In this document: in pieces, positions 13,942 through 26,309 of the stretch
Layout: every line of letters starts with the position of its first letter
How positions within the stretch are numbered: the first letter of the stretch is position 1
From: Camelus dromedarius
Taxonomy: Eukaryota
Assembly (NCBI RefSeq): GCF_036321535.1
Contig: NC_087436.1
Span: forward strand, 71,550,001 to 71,614,000
Reading direction: 5' to 3'
DNA: 64,000 bases
Made by a program: the position numbers and the translations under genes
Notes under the pieces: generated by a model
What the model saw: only the letters and a program-made list of their open reading frames with translations
Databases searched by the model: none
What the model was told of the DNA's origin: nothing

Positions 13942-15536
13942 GTAGTGTGTATACAAAGTGATAGCATACAATTCTATATGGTAAGAAGTATTCCAATACT
14001 ATATGACGGCAAAGAGATGCTTTTTCTCCTTAAGCGCATACATATTTACTAAAGAAACTTAGATAATACTGCTAGCTTACTGAGAGTGAGCAACAGTCCT
14101 GAATGTGTTTCCCCATTCATTCAGTCACATACTTCAGGCTTCTATCCCTTTTGTAGATGAGTCTCTTCGGACTAAGACTGTCAATATTTCACACAAGTTT
14201 TATGTATGCAATTAAATAGTTTGGCATGGAATTAAAAGTCTGTTTCTGTTCTGTCCACTAAAGAACACACAAACAGTTGGATCAGCCGGGTGCTTTACAA
14301 ATTTCATTTGGTACAACTTAGCCCTCATCTCTCATTTCAAGAATAATGTTGTTTATGGAGGATTAGCTTAGATGGTGTGAACTGTTTCTTAGTTTCTCTC
14401 TTTTCCAAATTAGCATAAGATGACAACCCACCCATAAGATGACAACAGTTGAAATGTGAACAGACATAACAAGAGTGAGGCCTGGAAAAGAAGTCATTAA
14501 GCCCACCCTGGAAGAGCATGTGGTATACATTCTAAGTCTACTGTGCCCTACAAGGGACCAGTCCATTCTTACCTCCAATAAATGGCTGTTTTGTCACAGA
14601 AATTATTTTACTTTTGCATTCCAGATGCTTTCCTATAATCTGGCCAGGGGCTATAAATGCACAGCTTATATAAAATTAATTCCAGGACATTCAAGTAAAC
14701 AGGAGTTGTACCAACCTGAGTGCTGGGGTAACTTTCTAAAACAACAGAAAAATCAGTATACTGACTATGACCCAAAGATTCTAGTGAGTTGCATGTGGCA
14801 AGCATTCCAGTAAAGAGTCATAGAAGTATAATAAAGCAAGAATTCTATAAAAGTTTATTATTTTTAATACTTTCTATTAGTAGCCTGAGCATTTGGAAAC
14901 TTGGCCAGCTTTTTCAGAATACACTTGTGGCATATGAAGTCTTCTTTGTTTTTCCATGCATTTATTTATTTATTTAGTAACCATTTGTAAACGCTAATGA
15001 ATAGCAGATAAAAAATGCAGAATTTAAAAATGAGTCTGAAGTTTTAAAGGGAACTGATTACCAATACGCAAAATATGGAACACTGCAGTCTTTTTTTTAG
15101 AAAAGTCACCTCTAATCCACTTTTAATTAAGGGATTTAACAGACAAACACATCTATTATATTTCTCACAGATTGCTGATATACCACCAGCAGCAGAACTA
15201 TTGGAAGTATATTTGCAGGGGACAGTTCAGAGAAGATTTTTAAGGCCTATAAGTTATTACCATCATCTATACCAAAATGTCTTCAAGTTCAAAATGCATT
15301 CCTGTCTAGTGGAACATAGACAAACATTATGAAAGCTTGCGGTGACTCTAGAGCTAGCCTGGCCTTGGGCAAAAGTCTGATAGGAGACAAATTGCATTTT
15401 CCCAAAATAATCTTACTTTCCCATCATGCATATACTGATTCAATTTTTTCTGTCCTTGTCATAGATTCACCTGTTCATAGAACTTTATATGCTTTTAATT
15501 GTATAAGCTACCCACCACGGTAAATCAACACAACAC

Positions 15537-15980
15537 TGTGTGGTCAGGCCACTCAAGATGGCTGTCCTCATGCTCTCTGTACATCTGCTGCTGACCATGC
15601 CTGCTTCACCTACACCCTACTCACTGGCTGACCTTTCTACATACTTGCCCCAAACCCCAGCTAGAGCTGCTTCTCACCAAAAGGGCAGCAAGAGGCATGC
15701 CCCTCTGCCGGTTTTCATGGTAACTGATGAGCTAATTGATGTCAATTCCCCCTACAACTGCTCACCTCCCCCTGCCTCTGGGAGCGAGGACTGCCGCATG
15801 TCTTGCTTGCTACCTGCTGCACACAGTGGGGAGTCACTCCAGGACCTGGCTTCAGATGGCTGTGTAAGAAATCCCTATCCATTAAACCATCGATGTCTCT
15901 GTCACTGACTCAGGGATCTTTCTTTAGTCTTGAAGCTGGGTGAATACAGGCCTTGCAGGCCTGAGGGGTGCAGCCCAACA
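15537..15980 (+). mobile_element. ERVL-type solo LTR (possibly MER73/MER74 group)
   Basis: TG...CA; ends ggggtgcagcccaaca; ATTAAA signal at 15881; 5-bp TSD aacac/gacac. Confidence 0.75.
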
Positions 15981-16117
15981 GACACCAACTATCACCTCAG
16001 TTTAATTGGGTGGGTATTGATAGCTAGTATAAACAAAAGGCTCATTAGTAAGCTCTTACTTGTTGAAGTCACTCATGGCCCAGTTTAGACAAACAGCAAT
16101 CCATAATACACATTCTC

Positions 16118-16249
16118 TTTTTTTCTTTTAATTTTTTTGGAGGGGTGGTAATTAGATTTATTTATCTATTTAATGGAGGTACTGGGGATTGAACCCAGGA
16201 CCTTGCACATGCTAGGCATGCACTCTACCACCGAGCTACATCCTTCCCC
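16118..16249 (-). mobile_element. tRNA-derived camelid SINE (Vic-1 type)
   Basis: Reverse complement reads ggggaaggatgtagctcggtggtagagtgcatgcctagcatgtgcaaggtcctgggttcaatccccagtacctccattaaa plus tail; A and B boxes; TSD acattctc/acagtctc. Confidence 0.9.
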
Positions 16250-16274
16250 AACAGTCTCAAGAATGCATTAATTC

Positions 16275-16480
16275 TTAGCATTGAGGGCTTACTCTATGCC
16301 AGGCACTCCGTATGCTTTTCCTATATTATCTGATCTAATCTTCACAATAACTATATGATATTGGTGCTATTATTATCTTCATTCTACACATGAAGAAACT
16401 AAGTCACAGAGAGTTTAAATGACTTTAATATTGCATAGCTAATAAGTGTCAGATGGTCTTTAAATCTAAGCATCCAATCA
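16275..16480 (-). mobile_element. MIR
   Basis: tactctatgccaggcac...tcttcacaataac...cattctacacatgaagaaactaagtcacagagagtttaaatgactt. Confidence 0.8.
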
Positions 16481-17064
16481 TAACATAGCATTTATTATTT
16501 ACCACCCGATATTCTCTTTTCAGGGGAGTTGGGATAGCCACCCTTATTGTACTGTTTTGCAGTTTCTAATTCGCACAGCATGTGGAAGTTTGTGTTTGTT
16601 CTAACTACTGAACAGTGTCCAATTTAAATAACCTGAAGACGAACTACCCCTTCAAATACAATCTCCCTCTGAAAAGTTTCATGCATATTTGTCTTGTGCT
16701 TTATGAAAAATCCACACTTGTGTGAACAAAGCAGGAGTCTGCTAATGTGCAAAGACTGAATGTTTTCAATGTCTGAGTTCAGCCAGGGGGGTGTGCTTAC
16801 TGTGGCCCAGTACCAGGTGTGGGGTCCAGCCAAGTGTTAGTCATGTGTGTCTCAAAACAGCTGCTTAGTTTGCCAGTGTACAGCCACCTGATTTCATATC
16901 TTTGAAACTACAGTAGCTGCAAGCACATTTAAATCTGTCGTCTGTAAAATCAGAAGAATTAAAACGAAAATAGACTTTATAAGGTAATTACCTTTTACCA
17001 ATAAAAATCAAGAAAATCAATCAAGAAAAGTGATTTTTTTTCCCCCACTAAAATCAAAAGTTAT

Positions 17065-17250
17065 TTGTAGCATAATGATTGAGAGCCCACAGTGCCTGAA
17101 TTAAAGCTCCAGCAACTTGACTGGGTCTTGAGCAAGTTACTTAAAATCTCCAGACTTCAGTTACCCCATCTGAAAACTGGGAGTTATAAATTGGGGATTA
17201 GGGTTGTTATAGAGACTGAAATAACAAATGTAGAGTTCTTCCAACAGTAT
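17065..17250 (+). mobile_element. MIR
   Basis: cttgagcaagttacttaaaatctccagacttcagttaccccatctgaaaactggg. Confidence 0.7.
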
Positions 17251-18739
17251 GTCATCTGATCCTGCTTCCCAAGAAGCACATATTTACACTGCAGGGCTTG
17301 CAAAGTGCTTTGATACTTTGATTCCTATTCTCATTCTCTTTATCAGTTTTTCTTAGGGGTAAAAATGATGGCTATCCTAATAAAGAGTAGAGAAAAAATG
17401 GCCAGAATGTATCCTTTACTAAATGAAAGCTACCACGGATTAATGAGATCAATTTTTCCTTTGGCTTATGGAAACAAAGGGGGATTATGGGATATCATTA
17501 TAACCATGCAGGATAAACAAAAACATGTGTAGATATACAGAGGATGGAAGGACTAGAAAACACTCTACATAGAGCTGTTTGTTGTTGATGTTACCAACGC
17601 AGTGCACGAGCACCTTTTCCAGGGTAAAAGCAATTTTACTTGACTTGGACTCATGAATACTCTGACTTTCCTTTCTCAACTAACAAATTTATAGCAAAGA
17701 AGATGTTTACGTGCAAGTGTGTTAGCTGATCCACTTCGTTCACAACCCAAAATATTAAAAATAATATATTTTATGATAACAAGCATTAAAAAGTAAGCTC
17801 TCCATTCTTCTTCCCTCAGCATCCTCCAATAACCTACATACTTAAGTGGAGGATTTTCATCTGAATGGAAAAATGGAGGAAAATCTAAGAAATGAAAAAG
17901 ATATTTAAAAACAAATGTAAACTACAATAACAAATTCACTGTATTAGGAAAAAAAAAACCCAAACAGCACTAAGTTCTAGCTTCCTCCGTTCCCTGAGTT
18001 GCTCAGTCCATCCAAGACAGGGTGGGGCTAGTGGCCACACAGATCTCCAGTGTGGTCAGTTGAGTACAAGAACACTCATTTACCCAAGTTCCCCTATTCT
18101 AAAGAATTCAGCAATCATTCATGGCAATGAGGCCAAACATGCTGTTGGCTTGACCACAGAGTCATCTAACATCTCTTGCCCCTTCACTCTTGGCTCACCC
18201 AGTCCTTGTTCTTGGCCACATCAGAGGTTTTGGTCTGGCTGCTCACACTCAGTGTATAATCCTGGAAGAAGGAGAGAAAAATCAAATAAAGATACGGTCA
18301 AACCAAGATTATGTTAATCATGCTGTTCCAGTTCAATAAGACATGCACAACCAAAGAAATATTTGGGTCCTGAAGTAATTTTAAATTAAAACATGATAAA
18401 TAAACTTAATGCTAAAAAACAAACATCCAAATGCATGAATATGAAACTGTCTCTAGTTCACTTGATTTTGCAATGTTTCTCTGGATAAGAACCATTCTCC
18501 TTTCTTTTGCTCCAGGAACCTCACTCCACTAGGAGGAAATCTGCCATTCAATGTTTCTCAGTTTCTATGTTAAATGCTTGTTGTTTACCCCCAAAGACAC
18601 AATGTTCTGGGTCTGGTTAACTAATACAATTCCTGAGCACATTTTTTTCTCTCTAGGTTCCTTTCCACCTGGGAAACTCCTCGTAGGTGATCTAAGACAA
18701 AGCCAGAAAGTTCCATTTTCCCCTTCTCATCTCAAACAA

Positions 18740-18928
18740 TTGACACTTCCACCTTTGTACATACTTAAATCACAAGAAATCATCTTGTCACTGTTAGTTT
18801 CTATGTCTGTTCTCATCACTAGATATTTTGTAGATATTTGGTGTCTCAAAGTCAGGAACTCTATATTACTTATCTTTGTAACCCTGGTGCTCAGATACTC
18901 AATAAATACTGTTAAATGAATGAATGAA
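18740..18928 (+). mobile_element. L2 3' end
   Basis: Ends ctcaataaatactgttaaatgaatgaatga. Confidence 0.7.
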
Positions 18929-18990
18929 GAAACCAGTAAATGGTTCAGAAATCCAAACTCTAATGGATTTCTTGGGAAAAGAATGGGAAA

Positions 18991-19476
18991 TGAAACTGAG
19001 CAGGACCCTGTGCCCTCTCCCCTCCCCTGCCACCTTTTTGAGTTCCAAGGGGCAGATTCAAACAGTTGCTAATCAGGGCAGAAAACAAAGTAGGAGCAAG
19101 TCAAGAAACAATAGCGTAGCTCATTCCTCCTCAGGGGATGTACATAACAGGATATCTTTGAGTTCTTCTGCAGGAACTAAGGCCCCCACCCAGGTGGAGG
19201 ATGGTAACTTCAGGCTGAGCACAAGATTCCTGAACATTGCTCTGTTACCTCAGCACCAAACAAGCAGAAGAAATTCACACACCTTGCAGCCCTCACCCCA
19301 AAGTCTGCCTTTAAAAACTTCTTCCCAAAAGCCATCAGAAGAGTTCGGGTTTTTGAGCACGACCACCCATTCTCTTTGCTTGGCTCTTCAATAAACCTTT
19401 CTCTGCTTCATACTCCAATGTTCCAGTTTGTTTGGCCTCACTGTGAATAGGGCACATAAACTTACATTCAGTAACA
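18991..19476 (+). mobile_element. ERV1-type solo LTR
   Basis: TGAAAC...GTAACA; AATAAA ~19390; perfect 4-bp TSD GAAA (18987-18990, 19477-19480). Confidence 0.9.
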
Positions 19477-22033
19477 GAAAGACGAATTGTACAACCAGTA
19501 TAGTTATCTAGCAACCGAGTGAAATGCAGGCTTTGGATGTAGGTCAAGCACTGGAAAGTCAAAATCAGTCCTAATGACTATAGATATTTTTCTACTCAAG
19601 AAAGTAAAAGAGACACTCAGATGGCTTGTCTTCTTATGGCTCATCTAGAAAGCATCCATGAATCTAGAAGGGGGAAATCCTGAATATACAAGAGGTCGAG
19701 TGGTGTTGCAGATTGGGTAGATGACTTATGTGTTACAGGAGTTAGAATATTATCCTACAGAGTATTACCCAACACACTAATAAAGTGACTCACAAGAATT
19801 TCTCTTTTTATGCTAAGTTTTCAATCAGAAAATGGGCATATGCCAAGAAGAGAACATGAACTAACAGAATGTCTATTCCCATCAGTGCTTCAACCATTCT
19901 CTGCACACAGGAGGGGGCCATTAGATGTTGACTCATTCACTAAGTACTTTCCTGCCTTCCAGCACCGAACTGACTGGAAAATGTTTATTGTCCCTCGCTC
20001 AGTGCCCAAGTCAAAGCCGGTCTCTACCTCAGTGCACGTGAAGAGAAGCATTTCACACTGGGAAGAGCATTTCCAACATGAAGGAAATAGCTCAAGTCCA
20101 ATGTACACATGGTTTGATGTTTTAAAAAAAAATTAAAAAGCTTTATAAGCAAAGAGGTTACAACTTAATGTAGTTTTTCAGTCTTGGTGAAAGGGACCAT
20201 TCAGAACACTCTCCCTAACTCAGCTGAGACCCATTTGGGGATACTAAAAAATATCTTAGATGTTTTATCAGACTGTCTACTCAGAATCACAAATCTTTAC
20301 AGATTTTAGAATACTTCTGAACTAAGCTTCAGACTCATGTAAAAGTACAAGGCTCCATTAATGCCAATGTTCTGAGGGCTGATGAAAGTCTATTTCCATT
20401 AGAAATCCTAGCATGAGGGTCACTAGGAAAGTATGTCATTTTACAAGAAAACATCACTATTATACCCCTAATCAAATGTGGAAATTTAAAGAATGCATGC
20501 TTCCAAAGTTTAAGAAATATGCTCATAAGGTATCTGTTTTCTAAGCCTAAAAAAAATTCCTACAGAACAAGTATTTGTAATTTTTTCTTTTTTTGCTAAA
20601 ATGTCGTATGAGAGCTACATAAGTGCAAAAAAACTAAAGGAACAATCATCAAGGCATAGGTATAAATATAAGGAGTTAGGGTTGGGGCAGTCGCCATCAT
20701 TAATAGCATATGAAAAACTGATGACTTACTGTTTGTGGAACAAGGAGGGAGATTCATTAATCAGATATTGGGAGGATATCTGCAAATCAGACTGGACAGC
20801 CTACAAAGTAAAAAATATATTTCTCATGCACTTTCAGGGAGGACTTCAAGGAAAGAAGAGTGATTTATTAGACTGGTAAAGCAGAAAAGTGTGTTTGTAC
20901 AAGGGTGACCCAGGATCCAATCTTCCTTCACCTTCAGACTAGTTGGCCTACTGCATGGGTACATATTCTTATTTATACAGCAGGGAGCTACAGAAGCAGG
21001 CTCTGCCCTGACAGAGGAGGCCTACGGGTTTCCTGCTTCACTGCCTACAACTGAGTGAAAGACTCTATCCAATTCTGTCAAAGACTGAGTCATCCAAATG
21101 TGGTCTCAGGCTACATTCTCCAATTCAGCCTTATTGTAATAAAAACTGGTATGTTGATCTCCATCTGCATTTTGTGTCTACTTCTCCATTGGTTCAGAAG
21201 CCACGTTGGAAGGAGACATGATTATCACTCCCAAAACCTCAACAACCACCAATGTTTAAGGAAGGAGACATGGAAAGATAGTTCTACTGGTGAGTGGTGT
21301 ACCATGAGAGAGTAGCCTCATGGAAATCAGAAGAGCTGAGTTTCAAGAAGGAGTGGGTGATTAATCATCAAATTAATGGAGACTTCCATTTCAGCCAGGA
21401 TGAGAATGTCCAAGTGAGGTATAGGGGCTCAGACCAGTTGGTCCTTACTAAAGTTGTCAGCTAATCAGCATCCAATCACCGGATTCCAGCAAAGAAACAG
21501 AATGCAAAGCCAGGTTTAAAAGGTTCTTGTCACCAGTTTCAATGTGTGGAGGCAGGGGTTTTTCCACCAGACCAGCAAGCAAGCAATGCTCAGACACCAG
21601 CTGGGTGTCCTACAATTTAACTCAATTCTGACACTATCTGCATCAAGATAGCATCAGACCCCACAGGTTAAGGGTTTAGCCCTACAAGACCCTCCCCTCT
21701 TCGGACACCAATCACAATCTCAGGTTATCACTGTATCTGACTGACAAGTTATAGGTTGAAGGTTCCAATGACCCCATTCCTTGGACTTCAGATGCCAGTC
21801 ACATGTCCAGATTATTACCTGTATTTCTGACAAACTGGCTATAAGTCAGAGATTCCCACAAGCCCCTCCTCAGGTTCAATAAATTTTCTAGAGTGACTCA
21901 CAGAACTCAAAGAAACATTTTACTTACTAGATCACCTTTATTATAAAAGGATATAACTCAGGAACAGCCAGATTGAAGAGATGCATAGGGCAAGATATGA
22001 GAAGGGTCACTGAGCTTCCATACCTTCTCCAAG

Positions 22034-22541
22034 TGAGACAGCAGGGAAGAGGGCAGGGCACAACCATTAAAAGAATGGCAAAGCCATTGAGGACAGGATG
22101 TAAGCTGGTTAGAACCAACTAGGCCCAAGATGGCAGAAGATATGACTTCTAATATACCTCGTTCTTCATTATACACTCATTATAATAAAATTAGCCATGC
22201 AGATTAGAAGTACCCATCGGGTACCGACACCATGACACTTCTGATCAAGACTAAATAAGGACAAAAATCCTTCCTCCCCTCAGGAAGATGGAGCTGGGAT
22301 GAAAATCAGGAAATATGACCCCAAACCCCTCTTCCCTTAATGAATATTCTGCCCATTCATTTTTACACCCCATATAACCAGCTTGCCAAAGAAACTCAGC
22401 ACAGCTACTCACCTGAGTCTGCCTGCTCTACCCTTGAGAGTTGTACTATTGCTTAATAAATCCTCACTTTGCTTTCTTGACCTCCATGTCTCATTTCTGA
22501 AATCTTTCTATGACGAGACAAGAAGCTGCTCTCCAGTAACA
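22034..22541 (+). mobile_element. ERV1-type solo LTR (mosaic) nested in the MER21-like LTR
   Basis: TGAGAC...GTAACA; AATAAA ~22455; perfect TSD CAAG (22030-22033, 22542-22545). Confidence 0.9.
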
Positions 22542-22671
22542 CAAGTGCACTACTCGCCCGATACCTCCATGTGTTTACCAATTGGGAAGCTCACTGAAAC
22601 TCATCAGTGAGTTTTTATGGAAGCTTCAATACATAGACATGATTTGATTAAATTATTGTCCATTGGTGATT

Positions 22672-22830
22672 TTTTTTATTGAGTTCTAATCATTTCACAA
22701 TGTTGTGTCAAATTCCAGTATAGAGCACAATTTTTCAGTTATACATGAACATACATATATTCATTGCCACATTTTTTTTTTTTTTTTTTGCTGTGAGCTA
22801 TCACAAGATCTTGTATATATTTCCCTGTGA
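22672..22830 (-). mobile_element. Short young LINE-1 3' end nested in the MER21-like LTR
   Basis: T-tract followed by L1 3'UTR; perfect 10-bp TSD attggtgatt (22662-22671, 22831-22840). Confidence 0.85.
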
Positions 22831-23087
22831 ATTGGTGATTAATTCAACCTCCAAACCCTCTTTCCTCCCTCCCAGAGACTGTGAGGTTGGACCTAAAATT
22901 TCCAACCCTCTAATCACCTGGTTGGCCTCCTATCAACCAGCCCCCATCCTTAAGTTTTACCAAAATTCACTTCATTAACATAACAAAAGAAAATTCCAAG
23001 GATTTTATGAGCTCTGTGCTAGAATATATTTCTTATAAACCATAGTATCATGCAGATGCTCTAAAGGAAGATGGCATAAGGAGTAAA

Positions 23088-23328
23088 ATCAAATGAATGT
23101 ATATAACAAAAGAGAAACAGACTCACAGTATCAATTAAGGATACAAACTATTATGTATAAAATAGATAAGCAACAAGGATATAATGTATAGCATGGAGAA
23201 ATATAGCCATTATTTTTTAATAAATTTAAAAGGAGAATAATTTATTTAAAAAATTGAATCACTGTGTCATACACCTGAAACTAATATAATACAGTAAATC
23301 ATCTATACTTCAATAGAAAAAAGAAAAG
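23088..23328 (+). mobile_element. LINE-1 3'UTR fragment
   Basis: aaacagactcacag...gatacaaactattatgtataaaatagataagcaacaagg...tatacttcaatagaaaaaag. Confidence 0.85.
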
Positions 23329-23753
23329 TTAGGTCCCAATTATAATCATAGTGTGTGTGCTGGGGATGGGTGCACAGGTGTCAGTCCATAGAACTGGTCT
23401 CTGGCCACTTTTTACTTAGTTCAATTACCTGATCTTGTAATAGGTAGCTAATACATAAATAATGATGACCTTAGCAGTGCTTAAGACAGCAGAGAAAGTT
23501 AGAGCTCTGGCCAGTGCCACACTGCATACTGACTAGTGTCACAAGAAGGAACTAAAGTAGATAACAATATAGCATTTGAAACAGAAGAGTAAGAAAGAGT
23601 CATATGGCCTGTTTAACTTTTGCTGTGTATCCCTTTAATATCTCTTTATTTTAAGAAATAGGCCAATTTCTCTGCTTACAAAAGTGCATTCCTCATTATG
23701 GAAATTGCTAGGGTGGATAGACCATCCCATGAGTTCATAAATGGCTAAAGTGA

Positions 23754-23757
<4 letters not shown>

Positions 23758-23815
<58 letters not shown>
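23758..23815. repeat. Compound (TG)n(AG)n microsatellite
   Basis: Direct observation. Confidence 0.97.
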
Positions 23816-25206
23816 TTTAGGATGTGCTTGAAATAGCCTTATTTATCACAAAAGAACTAAAGCAAGAAAAAAGATTTTTCCTCTTTCTAGCATTCAGGGG
23901 AGCGGTTGCACATAGAGGAAGATTTGCTACTAAGAAACAATGCTTCCAGAGAGTACAATTGTTTAGCAGTTAGGGAAATAGTCACATGGAAAGATAAAGC
24001 ATCAGGTAACATGAACAGGAGCAAAAAGGAGAAAAGAGCTAACAGGGATTACACTTGCGGCAATGAGCAAGGAGTGCCAAGCTTCCATTGGGAACTAACT
24101 CTAAGGTCAAGTCTGGCAAAGTCACTGTGGAGTCAGTCCCATGGCCTTTGAGAAAGGGCAAGCAGAAGTGAAGTATTGGATTGATAAGCAGGCTTTGAAT
24201 AAGCCCAGGATCAGTACATTAAAATTCAATTAAACTGTAAATCAAGTGTGAAATTTTTTAAGAGAAAATGATACAAATTTTTGCCATACAGATGAACTGA
24301 ACCTAGAGTCTCAGTAAAAAAAATCTCAGTTCAGAAATAGAGAAAATGTTTTAAACTTTTTAAAACATCTGAACAAAAATTGAATTTCATTAACTGCCTC
24401 TATTCCAAATTTCTAATAAAATACTTAAGAAAATATAGTGAAAAATATTCACTGCATCAATGAAATGTAAGGAAAGAAGACACAAATTCAAAAGTTGAGA
24501 TAAACTTCTAACTACAAGACTGGTATATCAAGGTTGAATAAACAGCTTATGCATGCTTCACAGATCCAAACAGTAGAGATTGACTATCCTGAAGTTAGTC
24601 TGAAGGAAGCTGTAACCAACTCACATCCCCTACCCAGAACCCATTGTCACCCTCCCACACCATCTAACCACAATTCAGATGCTGGGTCTGTTCCAAACAA
24701 AAAAATGGAAAACCATTACCTTTCTGTATCAAAATTACACTAGTGAGACATTCAGTGTCATATTCCTTTTTCTTTCCATGCTCCTTCAGTATCTTTTTTT
24801 ACATTCAGAGACTGCATTCCTGGCATTATTGGCCAGAGGTGGAGGAAAATGATGGGTAGTGCCAATCTGCAATCTGTAATCCCCAAATGGAAAGCACAGT
24901 GGCCCGGGGAAAAGACTAAGGAGAGGATTCAGAGCAATGTATGCTGAGGTATTTAACATGCTCCAGCTACTCACAGAGCCAGAGGATTATACTGTAGGAA
25001 TTAGAAGGGTTATATATCTCAGTTCTAGAGATCTGCAAAGATTGACTCTTGATGGGCAAAAAAAAAGAAAAAGAAAATTGGCCTGGAAGCTACGCCTGGA
25101 ACCCAGGTGGCAGGTCTTCTTGAAACAGCTACAAACCCTGTGTCTTGACAAACACCAAGTCCGTGTAAATCTTTCCTCATTCATGGGCAATTAAGAATGA
25201 GTGTAC

Positions 25207-25517
25207 CCAGAGAAAGACAAATACTCTATGTTATCACTTATATGTGGAATCTGAAAAATAAAGCAAATGAGTGGATATGACAAAACAGAAATAGACTCAC
25301 AGATACAGAAAACAAACTAGTGGCTCCTAGCGGGGAGAGGGAAGAGGGAGGGGCAATATAGGTGTAGGAGACTAAGAGATACAAACTACTACGTATAAAA
25401 TAAACAAGCTACAAGTTCATATTGTACAGCACAGAGAATATAGCTATTGTTTTGTAGTAACTTTAAACAGGGCAGAATCTATTACAAAAAAAAAAAAAAG
25501 GAGAAAGAGAAAGAACT
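25207..25517 (+). mobile_element. Short LINE-1 3' insertion with poly(A)
   Basis: cagagaaagacaaatac...atatgtggaatctg; A-tail 25486-25499; 11-bp TSD aatgagtgtac (25196-25206, 25518-25528). Confidence 0.88.
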
Positions 25518-25659
25518 AATGAGTGTACAGAAAACAATCTACCGTGGATTGAAAATAAGGTAAGGATTCAGACCAAAAAGATTCGTTTTGAAAATAATTT
25601 GTTATAAAACCCAGAAAAATAGTTCTTAGAAACTAATTGCTTCATATTTAATTAAGGAA

Positions 25660-26238
25660 AATTAAATTTTATTGCTTTCCAAAACAATAAAAAGTGTTTA
25701 TACGGAAAAATCAAGATTAAAAGAAGAGATCATTGGCTCAGATACAAAGACAGAAACAGAAATGAAAAAGAAGACAGATGACATAAAGAGATTCCTCAAG
25801 GAAATAAAAGTACTCTCAGTAATTAAAATATTCGTGAGAAGGACCAAAGACTAGAGACTACACATGTTAAAAGTCAATGTAACGTGGATTTAAAGCATAT
25901 AAGGTTCTCCTAGGACAGAGAAGACAGGGTGAAGGGAGAAATTTACCTGAGAGAGAAGATGAGAAATACGAAAAAAGGAGAGCAAAGTGCCAACCTGTGA
26001 GTACTACAGAGTCCTAAAGATGACCCCAGAAATTAATGAAATAGAATGATTGAGGTCATTATAGGTAAATAGCAATCGCAACAATAAAACTTTTCTAAGA
26101 AGAAAAAGAGAGGCCAGATTAGAAATGCTCTCCACTTACCAGCTAAAACTGATGACAGAAAGTGTCCTAACAATGCTGTTAGACAAATTCAAGCAAAAAA
26201 ATTTTATAAAAGCTTACAAAAATAAAAAAAAAAGTCCC

Positions 26239-26309
<71 letters not shown>

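Larger units (their letters stand above)
21528..23054 (-). mobile_element. MER21-like LTR, interrupted by two younger insertions
   Basis: gacaccagctgggtgtcctacaatttaactcaattctgacactatc and ctagagtgactcacagaactcaaagaaacattttacttac are MER21 hallmarks; ends atatttcttataaaccatagtatca. Confidence 0.8.

Noticed and set aside
13586..15908. 117-122 aa ORFs at 13586 and 15540
   Set aside because: Both fall within GC-richer solo LTRs; chance open frames.
18924..19394. Longest ORF in the track (156 aa)
   Set aside because: Lies almost entirely inside a solo LTR; no recognisable protein.
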